This document shows positions 1-12,480 of a stretch of 60,000 bases of DNA, piece by piece; positions within the stretch are counted from its first letter, which is position 1, and each line of letters opens with the position of its first letter. Below the pieces are notes generated by a model that was given only the letters and a program-made list of their open reading frames with translations, searched no databases and was not told the origin of the DNA. This DNA comes from Lama guanicoe (taxonomy: Eukaryota). The stretch spans positions 4,765,902 through 4,825,901 of the forward strand of contig MU053652.1 of NCBI GenBank assembly GCA_013239625.1, given 5' to 3'. The translations under genes and the position numbers were made by a program.

Positions 1-268
1 GACTATAGTAAATAGTGAGTGCTTCTGTGAGCACTGGGGTGTGTGTATCTTTTCAAATTAGAGTTTTCATCTTTTCTGGATATATGCCCAAGAGTGGGAT
101 TGCTGGATCATAGATCATAGGGTAAGTCTATTTTTAATTTTTTAAGGACTCTTCATATGGTTTTCCATAGTGGCTGCACCAAATTATATTCCCACCAACA
201 GTGTAGGAAGGTTCCCTTTTCTCCACACCCTCTCCAGCATTTACTGTTTGTGGACTTTTTAATGATGC
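1..268 (-). mobile_element. LINE-1 ORF2 3' region fragment (runs off window start)
   Basis: Canonical antisense L1 text (tatatgcccaagagtgggattgctggatcata...ttcccaccaacagtgtagga); minus-strand ORF 134..361 contains L1 ORF2 C-terminal-like [18 protein letters not shown]. Confidence 0.92.
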
Positions 269-660
269 AGGCCATCCACTAGTACCTTCACATGCCCTGG
301 CACACGTGGGTGCCCAGGAAAAGTTTGCTGAACTGAATCCCAGGGACACCATGCACCACATAGCTGACTTTTGACATGTGATATTAGTGCACCACAGTTA
401 GGGGATTGCTTTGGACTTAAGGCCACTGGGAGGGTAGATTTTTTTAAACTTGGGAAAACACACCTGCAGTGATGATGGTGTGGAGAGGATAAAAAAAAGC
501 AGGCTCATAGTCATATTGCATTGGAAACTTCCTAACAGGAAGATGCTCCTCAAAGTCTGTGTGCTCTGCCAGGATGGCAAGGGTCTGCTTTGTTTACCAT
601 ATTCCCAGTTGATAGTCCAGTGCCTTGCACAAAGTATTTCATTTTTAAGATATATTTTTA

Positions 661-800
661 GTGGGGGAGAGTATAGCTCAGCAGTAGAGTGTGTGCTTAG
701 CATGCTCAAGGTCCTAGGTTCAATCCCCAGTACCTTCATTAAAAAAAAATAATAAAAATAATAAATAGGAGCTATAAAAATTAGGTAAAAAATGAAGTTT
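661..800 (+). mobile_element. tRNA-Ala-derived camelid SINE (vic-1 type)
   Basis: ggggagagtatagctcagcagtagag (A box) ... ggttcaatccccagtacc (B box), A-rich tail; TSD aagatatattttta 647-660 / aagatatattatta 801-814. Confidence 0.92.
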
Positions 801-844
801 AAGATATATTATTAAATGAAAATTGCAAACTTAAGTTTAACAGA

Positions 845-1085
845 TATTTTTTCATTTTTTCTTCATTAATGTTTTGGCTAAAATATTTTAAAACAAATTA
901 TAAACATCATGAAGTTTCATCCTTAAATACTTCAATATATCTCTCTAAAAAATAAGGAAGCATTTCCAGCTAATAACAAGACCATTATCACACAACAGTA
1001 ATTCTTTAACATCATGAGCTAGTCTGCATTTGAATTTCCCCAAATATCTAAAAAATATCTTTTATAATTGCTTTGTTTGAGCCTG
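845..1085 (-). mobile_element. old L1M 3' UTR fragment
   Basis: ccttaaatacttcaatatatctctctaaaaaataagga...accattatcaca resembles antisense L1MB/L1MC 3' end. Confidence 0.65.
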
Positions 1086-1199
1086 GTGGTTTTACACTTA
1101 ATAACTATTTATTGAAGGAAGATAGAAAGGAAGGAAATTAAGCTATATATTAGTGGAAGTCAGAAACTGTTAGCATTGACCATGATTTATAATTATACT

Positions 1200-1530
1200 G
1201 CCACTAAAGAGGTGGAAAACCAACCAAATGTTCAATGTAAGAAATTGATTTAAGATGATTTAAAACTGCAGAAAAGCAATATGCACACATTAAAAATTAT
1301 GCCATAACATAATATTTAATGATGTAGGAAAGATAATTATATTTTGTGAGCTGGAAAGAATCAGATTACAAAATATGTGTTTTCTGATCACACACATGCC
1401 AACACACACCCATTTATACCAAAATATACGTTGTAACTACTGGGAGTGGGATCAGAATGACTTTTAATCTCTTTTTGGTACTTTTTTGCTTTAAAAAAAG
1501 TGTCTACAATGAAATTATATTTTTTAAAAA
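1200..1530 (+). mobile_element. old L1ME-like 3' end
   Basis: ggaaaaccaaccaaatgttcaat...cagattacaaaatatgtg...tataccaaaat...tctacaatgaa. Confidence 0.6.
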
Positions 1531-1849
1531 ATCTTTTACTTCCCATGGAAATGCTCTTTTGTGTTGTTTTTCATATATATGTTGTAGCACCCACTATAAC
1601 CAAGTTTTTCTTACCCCCAACATCTTTGTCACATGTTTCTAAGTAGAGACTTAACTTAAAGCAGGGTTCCTGGCAGCCTCAGCTTACTTGTCTCAGCATC
1701 ACCTTTTTTAGGGGTCACAGATTAGACTGGGACCAGAGCTGCTGCCTGAACATCAAGCAGCACCTGAGACCACAATGCGAGCTTGTAGACTGCCTGTCTG
1801 TCTGCCTGTCTATCCATCATCTGCCTAGTTTTTGCATTTGGTTGATTAA

Positions 1850-2520
1850 TAAATTATTTTATTTTAACATAAAATAGTATTGTATAATAAAATGTTATTT
1901 TTTTAAAATTTCAAAAAGGACAAAGAGATATGAACACTCAGTCTCTGTCCAGTCCTCCCTTTCCCCCTAGAAGTAACTATGTCTCGTGTGTCCTCCCATG
2001 GATATACTTCTTCAGTCCTTCATATATCTATTTCCTCAAAAAAAAATCCACACAAATAATGTCATATTATTCACACTGCTGTTTCTGCCCCTTGGTTTTA
2101 AATTTTTTTATTTGGGAAAATTTCAAATCTCCACAATACATTTATAAGGAAAACTGGCATTAAAAATCTCCATGTACCACTGTCCATTTCAACCATTATT
2201 AATCTCACTTCTTTCACTTAAAATATCTAGAATACAATTCCCTATCAATACACAGACACAGACCTGTGCCTATCTTTTTAAAGCCAGCAATGTAGATTTC
2301 ATTTTACAGGTGCACCGCGAGCAATCGAACCATATTGTTACGTACATAATGTTGTAATGAATATATTCCAATGTACTTATTTGAGCACAGTGTGAGTATA
2401 TCTGTGGGAGAACTTCTGAAGAATAGAATTGTTGAGTCAAAGTGCATGTGCATTCAAAATAGAAATACATCGCCAAGTGACATTCCTTAGACATTGCACT
2501 GATTTACATATGCAACTGGC
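1850..2520 (-). mobile_element. fragmented old L1M
   Basis: Antisense L1 3' motifs (agaagtaactatg..., gaattgttgagtcaaagtgcatgtgcatt). Confidence 0.5.
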
Positions 2521-2544
2521 TACAAGTAACATTGGCTTAGGCAT

Positions 2545-3056
2545 TAATGTCATTTCGTCATTACCTCTTAAAACCAGAAGGCTGGAGGAGGGCAGGTGCA
2601 GTAGTCGGTGACGTCATCAAGAATCCTACGCCTTCTGCTCTTCTATTCTTCCATTGTGTCCTTGGGCTTATTGCTTCATGGTTGCAAGACGGATGTTACC
2701 CCTTCAGGCATCATGTCCTCACATCAGTGTCCAGTGGGAAGAGGAGAGCCAAGGCAAAAGGTTTTCTCCTCTTGAAATTTTGTTTCAAGTTAGGCGAGGT
2801 AAGTCACATTTTCCCTTATTTCTCATTGACCAGAACTAGGATGTAGATCCACCCTGAGACCAATCACTGGCAAAACTGAATGTGATTGCCAAGGCTGACT
2901 TAGACTAATCGTAAGTTCCCTCCACCTCGAGACTGGGGTAGATCAAGGTAGATGATGGGAAGCTCTATTCTTACCTGAAAGAACTGGGGCTCTGTGAGCT
3001 TGGAAGAAGGAGCAGAGAAATGGGTGTCCAGTACACAGCAAACAGTGCTTGCTACA
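2545..3056 (-). mobile_element. ERVL-MaLR solo LTR (old MLT1 type)
   Basis: catggttgcaagacggatg...tctcattgaccagaactagg...accaatcactggcaa...gacttagactaatc, typical of MLT1J/K/L. Confidence 0.75.
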
Positions 3057-4554
3057 CTCAGCTATGGTGTATTATCAAATTTCTAACAGACTTTATTTTA
3101 TTATTAAATAACAAAACTTAAAAATCTTTTTGTTTGAACCTTGACAACCTTTACAATTTAAAAAAAGATAAGTCTAGGACTTTCGATATGAATCTTGCTT
3201 TTTCTTTTTCAAAGCACTTTTACGATCTCATTTGATTGACAGGAACTCACAGGAAGAGATAGAGTGTCTTCCTTCCCATCCTGTTATGGATGAGAGCCTG
3301 AGATTCAAAGTGATCAAGGGAAGTGTCCAGCACGTGACATCATTAGCTGCCACAGTTCTCTGCTGACGTGGGCCCAGTGGTTCTGCACTGAGGTCAGCCC
3401 CGAACTTCTGGCTCACGTGGGTGCGCAGGGTCTGGAGGTGGCCTCACAGAGCCCAGTGTTTGCCAAGCAACTGGTGGTGCCTGGTTGAGGGAGAAGAAAG
3501 GCAGACAGAGGTTAAGTCTCTGTTCGGATTTTAGGCAATCCCAAACCCCTTCTCTTGTGTGAAATATGCCTTTCCACCTACATTGACAGGGAGTCTACAT
3601 GGGCCTGTAGATTGGACTAAAAAGGCAGCAGGATAATTCAATCAAACAATGGGTCTATTATTTCCGTATATTAAATATTTGTGGAGTAGGGGTGGGTGGA
3701 CTGGATTGGTTCTTCTGCTATGGACATGGCTTCTCGGGGTGAACTCCGCAAGGACAAAGATCATATCTTACCCACCTCACTGTTGCCAGCCCTGCCACAG
3801 CGCCTAATGTATTGTAAGTGCTCCATAAATGCCTAGCAGATGCATGAGTGGTCTGAGTTTTTTCTGCTAATGACTGATGTCCTTCCCATTATTATCTGTC
3901 AGAGCGCCATGTTTCTTTCTATACAGTACCAATCAAAAACTATAATTGATCTATCAATGAATTACCAATTTGTCAGTGTTTTTTTTTTCTCCATCATGAG
4001 AACGTAAGTTCCATGAGAATCAGGACTGGGTCTGCCCAGTCCTAGCCCAGGGCCTCATACACATAAGGGCTCTAGAAGCTGTTAAGCGTAGCTTTGAGCA
4101 AATGTTTTTAGCAGTGTCTGGCACATAGTGGGCCCTCAGTAAATAACCAAGGACTAAACCCTGACTACATACAACAGTGACCTCGTGATGATATAACTCT
4201 GATTGCTGAGGTGAAGACTGCAGCCTCACAAAGCAGAGCAGGGCCAGGGAGCCAGGCAGCCCAGCAGTGCCCCAGATGGACAGACAGCTCACTAGGGAGT
4301 CCACTGTCTTCCATGGGCTCACAGCTGGAGAGGAGCCTCAGGGGGAGAAACAGAACAAATTCGTTGCAAAGAAAGGGAAAGAGGGGCTGGATTCTGAAGG
4401 GCCTTGACAAAGAGTGGGAGCCATAAGAGGCAACAGAGAAGATTCACATGGTAAAGTCACCATTTGGGGAGATTCAACTGGCAGAGAAGTATAGAAAGGA
4501 TTGCAGGGAAAAAAGTGAAACCAAAGAGACAAATTATAAAAGGTTATTTTTTCA

Positions 4555-5260
4555 CCCATTTGTTTATTCATTCATTCAACCAGGAAAGCATACACTGAGA
4601 GCACACTAAGTGCTGGACACTATGCTAGATCCTGGAGATGTGATAAGATTTAGTCCTGGACCTCAGCCTTGGTCCAAGAGCACTAGTGAGGAGACAGGGG
4701 AAGAGAAAGACCCAAGAGACATTCTGAAGGAAAAATCAATCCTAGGAAGAAAGTGCAGTCATGGTTCCATAAACATTCCTGCCTGGAACTCAATGATGCT
4801 GCCACTGGTAGAGACAAAGAAGCTGGGGAGGTGACTGGATGTGGAGGGAAGCAAGAAGGGTGGGACTAAGATGCTGGTTATGATTGTGGTTGTTGAGAAC
4901 ATCTGGTTGCAGACATCCAGCAGTTCACCGGGGCTGAAGTCCAGGTGAGGGGCCAAGGATGGAGGTGTGATTCTAGGCATCTTCTTCAAAGACAGGAAAC
5001 ATGACTTCTTATGAAATCAGGGTCTTGGGGAGCAGCAGGCAAAAACCTGTGAAACGCTCTGTAATCTGCTAGGTTTTGAATAGATTAGTGTGTGGTGGAG
5101 GGTGTGAAAGAAGAGGATGGAGAAGGGGATTTGCTGGTGTGAAGGACAGAAGAAGCTCTCAGGGAGCCATATGAAATAGAGAGGGCAGCTGGAGCTCAGC
5201 TGTCTCCACAAGGTTGGGGGAAAGAGCCCTGCAATGAACAGAGCAAGAATAGTGACTTCC
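4555..5260 (-). mobile_element. LINE-2 fragment
   Basis: ttcattcattcaac tail, gtgctggacactatgctagatcctggagat, purine-rich antisense L2 body. Confidence 0.7.
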
Positions 5261-5954
5261 CCTCCCTTTAATTATTTAATTGCCCAAATAATCACATTCT
5301 TGCAGAAAATTAGAAAATGCAAAGAAGCAAAACCATGAAAATAGTCATCCTTAATCCTACTCCAGGACCTGTTAATATGGTCGTGCTGATTTGTCCAGAC
5401 TCGGTAATGGCTTCTTACATGCTGGGTTGGAATCCAGCCTGGAAACTCTGAAGAAAGAAATGACAGTCAAGAGGTCATCCCCAACAGGCTCACCCTCTGG
5501 GCTGCATGCTCTTTCTCTATCCTAATCTCTCTTCCCCACTGGAGTGGAAGGACTTGGGCCATGATTTTGTGTCAAGCTGGGCCCTCCCCAGGTACCTGGG
5601 GCTGAACAGGCATTTCAGCCTGAAGATGCTGTGGAGAAGTAGCAAGAAGCCTTTAATCCTACAGAAGGCTGGGATCTAACACATCCTCCGGCTTCCCAAG
5701 TCACCAGCCCAATTTTGTCCCTAAAGCTGTTTTACCAGACTACTTGCATAATCCCTGGAGACCCACCTGTAGCAGCTAGAAGCTTGCTCGGTAGGTGGCA
5801 CCCACTCCTCCTGCAGTAGAATAGTCACAGCGCTGGGGATATAGCACCTTCTCAGGGACCCTCATGAGGAGTTTAGTCTTCCAGGAAAAATCTGGGAACA
5901 ACCCAAAATCACCATGGAAACATGACTGTGACATCAATTGTCTGCCAGAGAAGC

Positions 5955-6187
5955 TGTATGGCATGGTGTCCCTGAGGGCTGGCCCTGGGGCCACACTGCC
6001 TGAGTTTGAGTCCTAGCCCTGCCGTTTGTTAGCCTGTGACTTTAAAGTGAGTTACTTACTCTCTCTGACTCTAGTCACTCCTTTGTAGTGAGAGCATTAC
6101 AGTGCCACCTCAAAGGGTTTTTGTGAGGGTGATTTGGTTTGTTACAAGAAAAGCACTTGGCAGCCACTCTACAGGTATTAATGATAA
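5955..6187 (+). mobile_element. MIR SINE
   Basis: ctgcctgagtttgagtcctagccctgcc...ctgtgacttt...gttacttactctctctg core. Confidence 0.75.
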
Positions 6188-6363
6188 TTTTTTTAATTTT
6201 ATTTTTTATTGAAGTGTAGTTAATTTACAGTGTTAGTTTCAAGTGTACAGCAAAGCCATTCAGTTATACATATACATACATACATACATATATATTTTTT
6301 CAGATTCTTTTCCATTGTAGCTTATTACAAAAAATTGAATATAGCTCCCTGTGCTATATAGTA
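6188..6363 (-). mobile_element. lineage-specific L1 3' end (5'-truncated)
   Basis: T-rich tail then tattgaagtgtagttaatttacagtgttagtttcaagtgtacagcaaag...ccctgtgctatatagta. Confidence 0.88.
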
Positions 6364-6864
6364 CACAAATGTTAACTATTAATTAGAGCAGGGGCACTCA
6401 GAGAACTCTGCATGGTGGGGTTCATCTGGAAGGCTCTCTGAGGAAGGCACCTGGCTTGTCTGGGCTGAGCAGTTGAGGAGCGGAAGGAGTTCAAATGTGC
6501 CTGCTCGGTGGAGTGGAACGCATTGACCAGAAAAATCCATCCCTCCTGCTTTTATGCAACCATTGGGCCCGAGTGTCCTGGTTTGTCCCATCATGCCCTG
6601 TAATGGGGCCAAAGAATGGGAAGATCTGTTCGTCCAGGGCTGAGGCAAGGCTGCCAAAAGCATTTCTTTTGCAGCACGTTGCACAAGTGGGGTTGCTGCA
6701 TGGCCCCTGCCTGGCTGGGCTCTGGAGGACCCTCTTGGGCCAGGCCTTTTCCCAAGCAGTGTGGTTCCCAGCACCCAGAACCCAGCACCCATCTCCTGCC
6801 TGGGCATATCTCAGATGAGAGACATTGCCCAGTGCCTGGGGAGATGTCACTTTAAGAAATAGAG

Positions 6865-7375
6865 TATGTTTTATTTTGATTATACAAGCAATGAACATTT
6901 CTTACAGACAACATTCATAGAAGACACCTTAAATTTCCTATAATTCACTATCCTGAAATCACTAATGTTTTAAATTTTTTATGCATCGCTCTTCTCTCTT
7001 CCTTGTGTCTCTATAGATGTGTGTGTATATATATACTTTTTTCTATCATAAATAGAATCATAGTAGCATCGTTTTTACAATGTGATATTTTCAGTTGTCT
7101 TCAACTTTCTTTTCACATTATTAGATATTCTTCCATGGTGTAATTTATAATGCTGGCATTGTATTACTATGCCATAAATTATTTAACCAATCTCCTATGG
7201 TTGAAAATTTAGACTGTTTTCAAGATTTTATTTTTCTCATAAACAATGCTCTCATGTATAATCTTGTAGATAAATCTTTCAAATCTTCATGCTTACTTCT
7301 TTAAGATCATTTCTAAAAGCTGGGTCAACAGGTGTGCATATTTTAAGGCCCTGGATGCCTACTGCAAGGGTTCCA
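6865..7375 (-). mobile_element. old L1ME-like fragment
   Basis: tatgccataaattatttaaccaatctcctatggttgaaaatttagactgttttcaa. Confidence 0.7.
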
Positions 7376-8970
7376 CAGGTAAGACCCCCCAGCAGTGGCT
7401 CTCCCACCAATGGGCCTGAGAAGGCCCAGCTATACCACTTGCAGGAATCTGGGAAGATGCCACCAAGCACCTTTGAAATTCCCCTAAGGCTGAAGGACAG
7501 TGGCTGGGACAAGCACACTGGCAGAAAGTAGAGTGTAGCTGGGAGATGTCTCTGCCCCTTGGAGAGCAGGTGACCTGGTGAGAACTGGTGGGACCATGTA
7601 CGTAACTCTGTACAGGCCGGTGAGGTGCCTCAAAGAGGAAGAGCCCAGGAAGGACACTCTTCTGCTCAAAAACCCACTTGTAGCTTTTGAAGGAACCCCA
7701 GGTTTGTCCACACTGCTGGTTTGTCTGTGCCGCTAGAGTGAGCTCTCAAAGAGCAGGAACATGTCTGTTCATCTCTGCACCCTCCCACACAGCCCAGTGA
7801 CCTGTAAATATTTGTTGAACTGACATGACAAACTCCACCCTGACTCACAGCCCCTGCACATCCTCATCGCACATTTTTAGATCAAAGCTCCTGGCATCTC
7901 ACTGCCTTTGACATGTACATTAGAACATCCTTTTTGGAGGCCATGTGTACCAAAGGCCTTAAAATATGCACTCCTTTCAACCAGTGATTTCACTTCTAGA
8001 AGTACCCTAAAGTAACCCAAGACCTCCAGGAACGGCCTGCCTGCCTTTCCCCTCTATTTCCCATTGATTCTCTTTATGCCCCTTCCACTCAAACCACTCT
8101 CCATTCACATTCTAGGCTCCTCAGCATCCTTGCCATTGGGAGGAAGGATTTCCTCCCCCATTCCCTAAACTCGGCTCCTTCTCAAGGCACTGCCGCCTGA
8201 AACACTACCACCTTTAGCGTGCCTGCCCTGACCCCCAGCGTGGCATCTTTTCTACTTTGCATTAGAGTTACATGCGTGATTTTTCTGAACTTCCAAACCA
8301 CAGTCTATTTGAGGGCTGGCAGGCTGAATCCACAGCTATTTAATCTTCATCCTTCTCTACACCTGGCAGAGTGTGGTATCAATAGCAGGTTCAGAAAGTT
8401 GATGGAAGGGTGTACTTTGGGGAAAGAGGGTCTTTTAAAGCCTCTCAGCCACCCCCTGCAGCGCTGTGAAACCACGTCTTCTGCCTGCTGATACTGGCAT
8501 CAGGCACAAGCTACAGAATCACACACCCTTTGTGGCAGCAGCACTATTTTCACCTCCGTTTTTCAGAATCTCAGTATAAAATTTAGTTGAACAAATGGAG
8601 GCTAGGAGAGGTGAGGGGTATTGGCCAAAGGCACCCTTCTGATCTGATTTCAAATTTGAGGCTCATTTCCTGAGCCAAATTACGTCATATTTATATTGTC
8701 ATACAAATGTGATTATTTCTAACAGAAAAAGATTCATTTCTCTGAAATAAGCAGGACTTTAAATATATGCAAAAAGTTCCCCTAGGAAGTTCCAGGGAGG
8801 GTTTAATGAACCAAGATTTGATTCAAAAGTGCCAGCGCTCTGAATGGGGTTTATGAGATAAGGAGCCGCTGACATGACACTTACCAAAGACTGGGAGGAT
8901 AGGCAGGCCTTGGCATCTTCTTTTCTTCATCCACAAGGCAGCACCTTTTTACTGATAAAAAATGAATTTT

Positions 8971-9099
8971 GAGGGAGAGGGTATAGCTCGGTGGTAGAGT
9001 GCATGCTTAGGATGCATGAGGTCCTGGGTTCAATCCTAAGGACCTCCATTAGAACAAACAAAAATAAACCTAATCACACACACCCCCATAATGCAAAAC
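8971..9099 (+). mobile_element. tRNA-Ala-derived camelid SINE (vic-1 type)
   Basis: gggtatagctcggtggtagagtgcatgcttaggatgcatgaggtcctgggttcaatc + aaataaacctaat tail; TSD aaaaaatgaatttt 8957-8970 / aaaaattgaatttt 9100-9113. Confidence 0.93.
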
Positions 9100-9214
9100 A
9101 AAAATTGAATTTTCATTGGTAATGTGGTTAATTACTGATTGTAAATTTGCACAAGGAAGAGTTATTGAGACATTTAACCCTTGCTGTGTCAGGAGGGTAA
9201 AGGAAGTCCCTATG

Positions 9215-9375
9215 TGTGTTGGCTACAGTCAACCCCGCAAGGTGGGTAACAATTCCAATGTTGGGAATGAGAAAGTTGAAGCTCAGAGAGGTTAATTAAC
9301 CTGCTCAAAGTCGCCCAGCAGAGCCCTGCTTCTCAGTCTCATCAGTCTGACTGAGAAGTCAGGGGTCTTTACCCT
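9215..9375 (-). mobile_element. MIR fragment
   Basis: atgagaaagttgaagctcagagaggttaattaacctgctcaaagtcgcccagc. Confidence 0.7.
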
Positions 9376-9379
9376 TTCT

Positions 9380-9785
9380 GGATGGTTCTCAACCTGGCTG
9401 TGCACCAGACCTCTTAGTGCCCAGGTCTCCACCCAGCCCAATAAAATCAAAATCGCTAGGCTTGGTGCCAGGCATCAGTATCTTAAAATCTCCTGAGGTA
9501 CTATAATGAGCAGCTAGGGTGGGAAAGCTTGGACCTGTGCTGAGCTGCCTCAGCCATCACCTGAGACGTCTTAACTCACAGGGATGGACCTGACTCAAGT
9601 GACAGAAGCTCCCACTCCATTCATCTTCGAGTCACCTGGGAGCCTTTAAGATGGATGCTGCCCTGGCACCACCACAGATCAACTAAGGCAGAAACGCTGG
9701 CATGGATGTGCACGTCAGCATATATACTTAGAGAGCTCCCCAGGTGAGAAAAGCGCAGCTGGCCTTGAGAATTGGGCTCCAAAGG
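9380..9785. mobile_element. two degraded MER5-like hAT-Charlie MITEs
   Basis: tggttctcaacctggctgtgca...ccaggcatcagtat (9380-9535) and gagtcacctgggagcctttaa...ctccccaggtga (9620-9785). Confidence 0.6.
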
Positions 9786-10533
9786 CTTGACCCACGCCCA
9801 TAGGCAGCCGACTCGCCCTCACCTGACCGGGGCAGAGACCGGATAACATGATGCTTGTCCTTTGTTGGATACCCAGCTAGCTGTGGGTCAGGAGGATGAA
9901 GGAGAAAAAGAATCAACATCCAACAATTCAGTATGCAAAGACGTTGTTAAACGCTCAGAAAGAATTCCTGCTCTCAAATCAATTAAATCCTTCCTAGCAA
10001 ATTCGTTGACAAATTTACTTGACATAATCTTTCTTCACAGAGAAAGCAAAGTGCACTTTAGTCTTTGCCTAGAAAAGTGATAAAAAAAAATTGTCATGAA
10101 TGGGGTCCAGATGAATGGGGTTGACTGTGGGAACAAAGGGGACTCAGCAGACAGACCGAAATGGAATCTGTGAACCTCCTCTGTGAATCTATTATACACC
10201 GGCTTTGTATGCAAAGCAGAAAAGAACTGCTGAATAGGATTACTACGCTGAAGGGGAAAACAAAAGAAGTTTAACAATCAATGCATAAAGAACAAGGTGA
10301 ACCCAGGGCCAGGAGCCCTGTGAGAAGGGCAGGCTGGGGGCTGGGAGACCAGGGCCAGCTGCTCGGGCTGCCCTGGCTCCCCAGTCCAGGGTGGGGTGGA
10401 GCCTGCTTCTTCCAGGTGCCGCCCAGGCTCTGTTATCCCTGCTGGAGATGACCTTAGCAGGGCCCACGAGTTTCTCCCCACTCCACTGTGCCCCCCCCAT
10501 TGCCATGAGCTCTCTTTAGGAGAGCGCGGGAAT

Positions 10534-11195
10534 TGCTGGGGAAATAGAATTTAAAACCAACTCTCCTCCCAACCCAGCAAACCTCTCCACGGAGGTAGCT
10601 GACAAACAAAACAATTTTATTATTGAATAAGCATTAAACCAGAGTGCAATGGACATCACAGGCGATCTGCTCAGAGAGTTCAAAGACAGAAAGAAATCGC
10701 CCCCTTTTCTATAGACAAGCAGGTGCCACCCATCAGGTAAGAGAACTTGACAGCATCGTTTGTCACGCGTGGTTCCTCCTAGATTCGTCTGGTTATTGGC
10801 TTGGCCATCTGTGTTAGCTAAGTGCCATTTCCCAAAAGAAAAATAAGCTCACCTCTTTATGACAACAGCTAGTTTTGCAGCTTGAAGCCAAAGTTAGGGT
10901 CCTACCCTCCTACCGAAATTGGGGATGGGGTGCTGTCTTTCTGGATAATTACATTTCAAAGAAGTGGTTCCCAGGTCCTTAAGAAAGACATGCTTGGGTC
11001 GTAAAGCTGGCAAGAGGCTTATTTGGCTTTTGAAAAGATTTACATACATTACCAAGAGACTGAGAAATCACTTCCAATTACAAGTTTTCTAAAGTAAATG
11101 CTCTAAGAAAAGGGAGTGAGGTGGGGGTGGGGAAGCCTCTTCTGTGCAACAGGGAGAGTCGAGCTTCTTATTTTTAATTTCTGTCTGCCTTTACA
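10534..11195 (-). mobile_element. ERV1-class solo LTR (MER89-like)
   Basis: TG...CA termini; minus strand starts tgtaaaggcagacagaaattaaaaataagaagc...cttagagcatttactttagaaaacttgtaattg; AATAAA in minus-strand 3' part. Confidence 0.75.
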
Positions 11196-11320
11196 GAGCT
11201 CCACTTTGGCCCTCACGTAGTGCCTGCTGGGGAGGGGTGTCAGTTATTTCACCCCAGGCTGGCATCCGCCCATGACCTGAGAGAATCGGAGGGGTAGAGT
11301 AGACTTGAGCTAGATTTCAT

Positions 11321-11435
11321 TGTTTTTTATTTTTTTGGAAGAGGGAGATAATTAGGTTTATTTATTTATTTTTAGAGGAAGTACTGGGGATTGAACAGTG
11401 TCACACACTCTACCACTAGAACTATACCCTCCCCC
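11321..11435 (-). mobile_element. camelid tRNA-derived SINE with internal deletion
   Basis: ataattaggtttatttattt...gtactggggattgaac...ctctaccactagaactataccctccccc; segment between the A and B boxes shortened. Confidence 0.9.
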
Positions 11436-12435
11436 GACTGGTTTGATCTTGAGCTGGAGAGGGAGCAAGGATGGACAACATTCCTCTAAGGAGAGCCTCC
11501 AGCGCCTGGGAGTTTCAGATTTGTTTAGAATGTTACGAACGATAGGTATCACTCGAACCCCAGATCCCCTGACCGCCTTCCTGGTCTTATCCTGTGTGCT
11601 GGGTCTGCTCCCCATCCCCAACATTCTGGTTTCTCTCAGGTCCCTGCTGGGCAGGAAGGCAGTGTGGGGACCCCAGCTTGGTGTGGCTCCTGGGCTGTGA
11701 CTCCTTGCTTCCCTCCCTTCTCCTCCCCAGCGCAGCTCCTGGCTTCTGCTCCACTCCAATTAGACTCTAACCCACTAGAAGCTGCAGCCAATTCTGCGGA
11801 AAGTTCAAATCTTTAGGGACTTCATAAATTAGCCTTTACTGCTAAGTGTTCTCCAGAAAAAAAAAAAACTGAGGAGTGAGGGGCGGGTTGCAAACACAGC
11901 ACAATTGCTGCTGAGTCTTCCCTAGACTTTGAGTGTTCATGTTGCAGATAATCCGGCAGAACCATCCCAGGATGGGGTTTATGGGGCTAAGGGTGTGAAT
12001 GCAGGAATTGCTGACCAGCCGAGGGGGCACTGGGTGGCTCAGGGCAGGTTGGGGGAACAGGTTGGGGGAGGGACAGTCCGAGGTGCAGGTGTTTATGACA
12101 GTGCTTCTTTTATGCTGGCAAATTCTAAGCAGGACCTCGCATCCTTAGGGAGTGGCCTCTTATATTTATGTTAGAAAATTCAAGGCGGGATCCTCAATTT
12201 CTGCATCCCTGTATGTCTTGAGCAAGTTTTGCTGTGTGTCTGTGTCTGTCACCTGTGTGTGCATGGTCTTGCTGGTGATGCAGAGGGGAGAACTTTCCAT
12301 GGGATCCCGCCTTGCAAGCTGTGGCCAGGGACAAGTCTGGCAGCTTTTGGTCCCAGGCAGTGTCAGCAGAGAGACTTCACTGATGTTGGCATGATGTGTT
12401 GACAGAGCCCAGTCCTCATGGAACTGGGGAGCAGG

Positions 12436-12480
12436 CTCCACCTGCCACTCCACCTGCCACTCCACCTGCCTCCCCACGTG
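12436..12480. repeat. 12-bp tandem repeat (ctccacctgcca)x3 plus partial unit
   Basis: Directly visible; gives VEWQVEWQ / LHLPLHLP in overlapping ORFs. Confidence 0.95.

Noticed and set aside
134..361. 75-aa ORF with a recognisable protein motif
   Set aside because: It is an L1 ORF2 C-terminal remnant, not a host gene
661..740. tRNA-Ala-like genes here and at the five other SINE heads
   Set aside because: They have A-rich tails, TSDs in most copies and disrupted stems, so they are SINEs rather than functional tRNAs
9862..10080. 72-aa ORF with protein-like composition
   Set aside because: Non-ATG start (TTG), no recognisable family, no supporting exon structure
12436..12480. Possible CRISPR-like array
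   Set aside because: No spacers; simple tandem repeat in mammalian DNA
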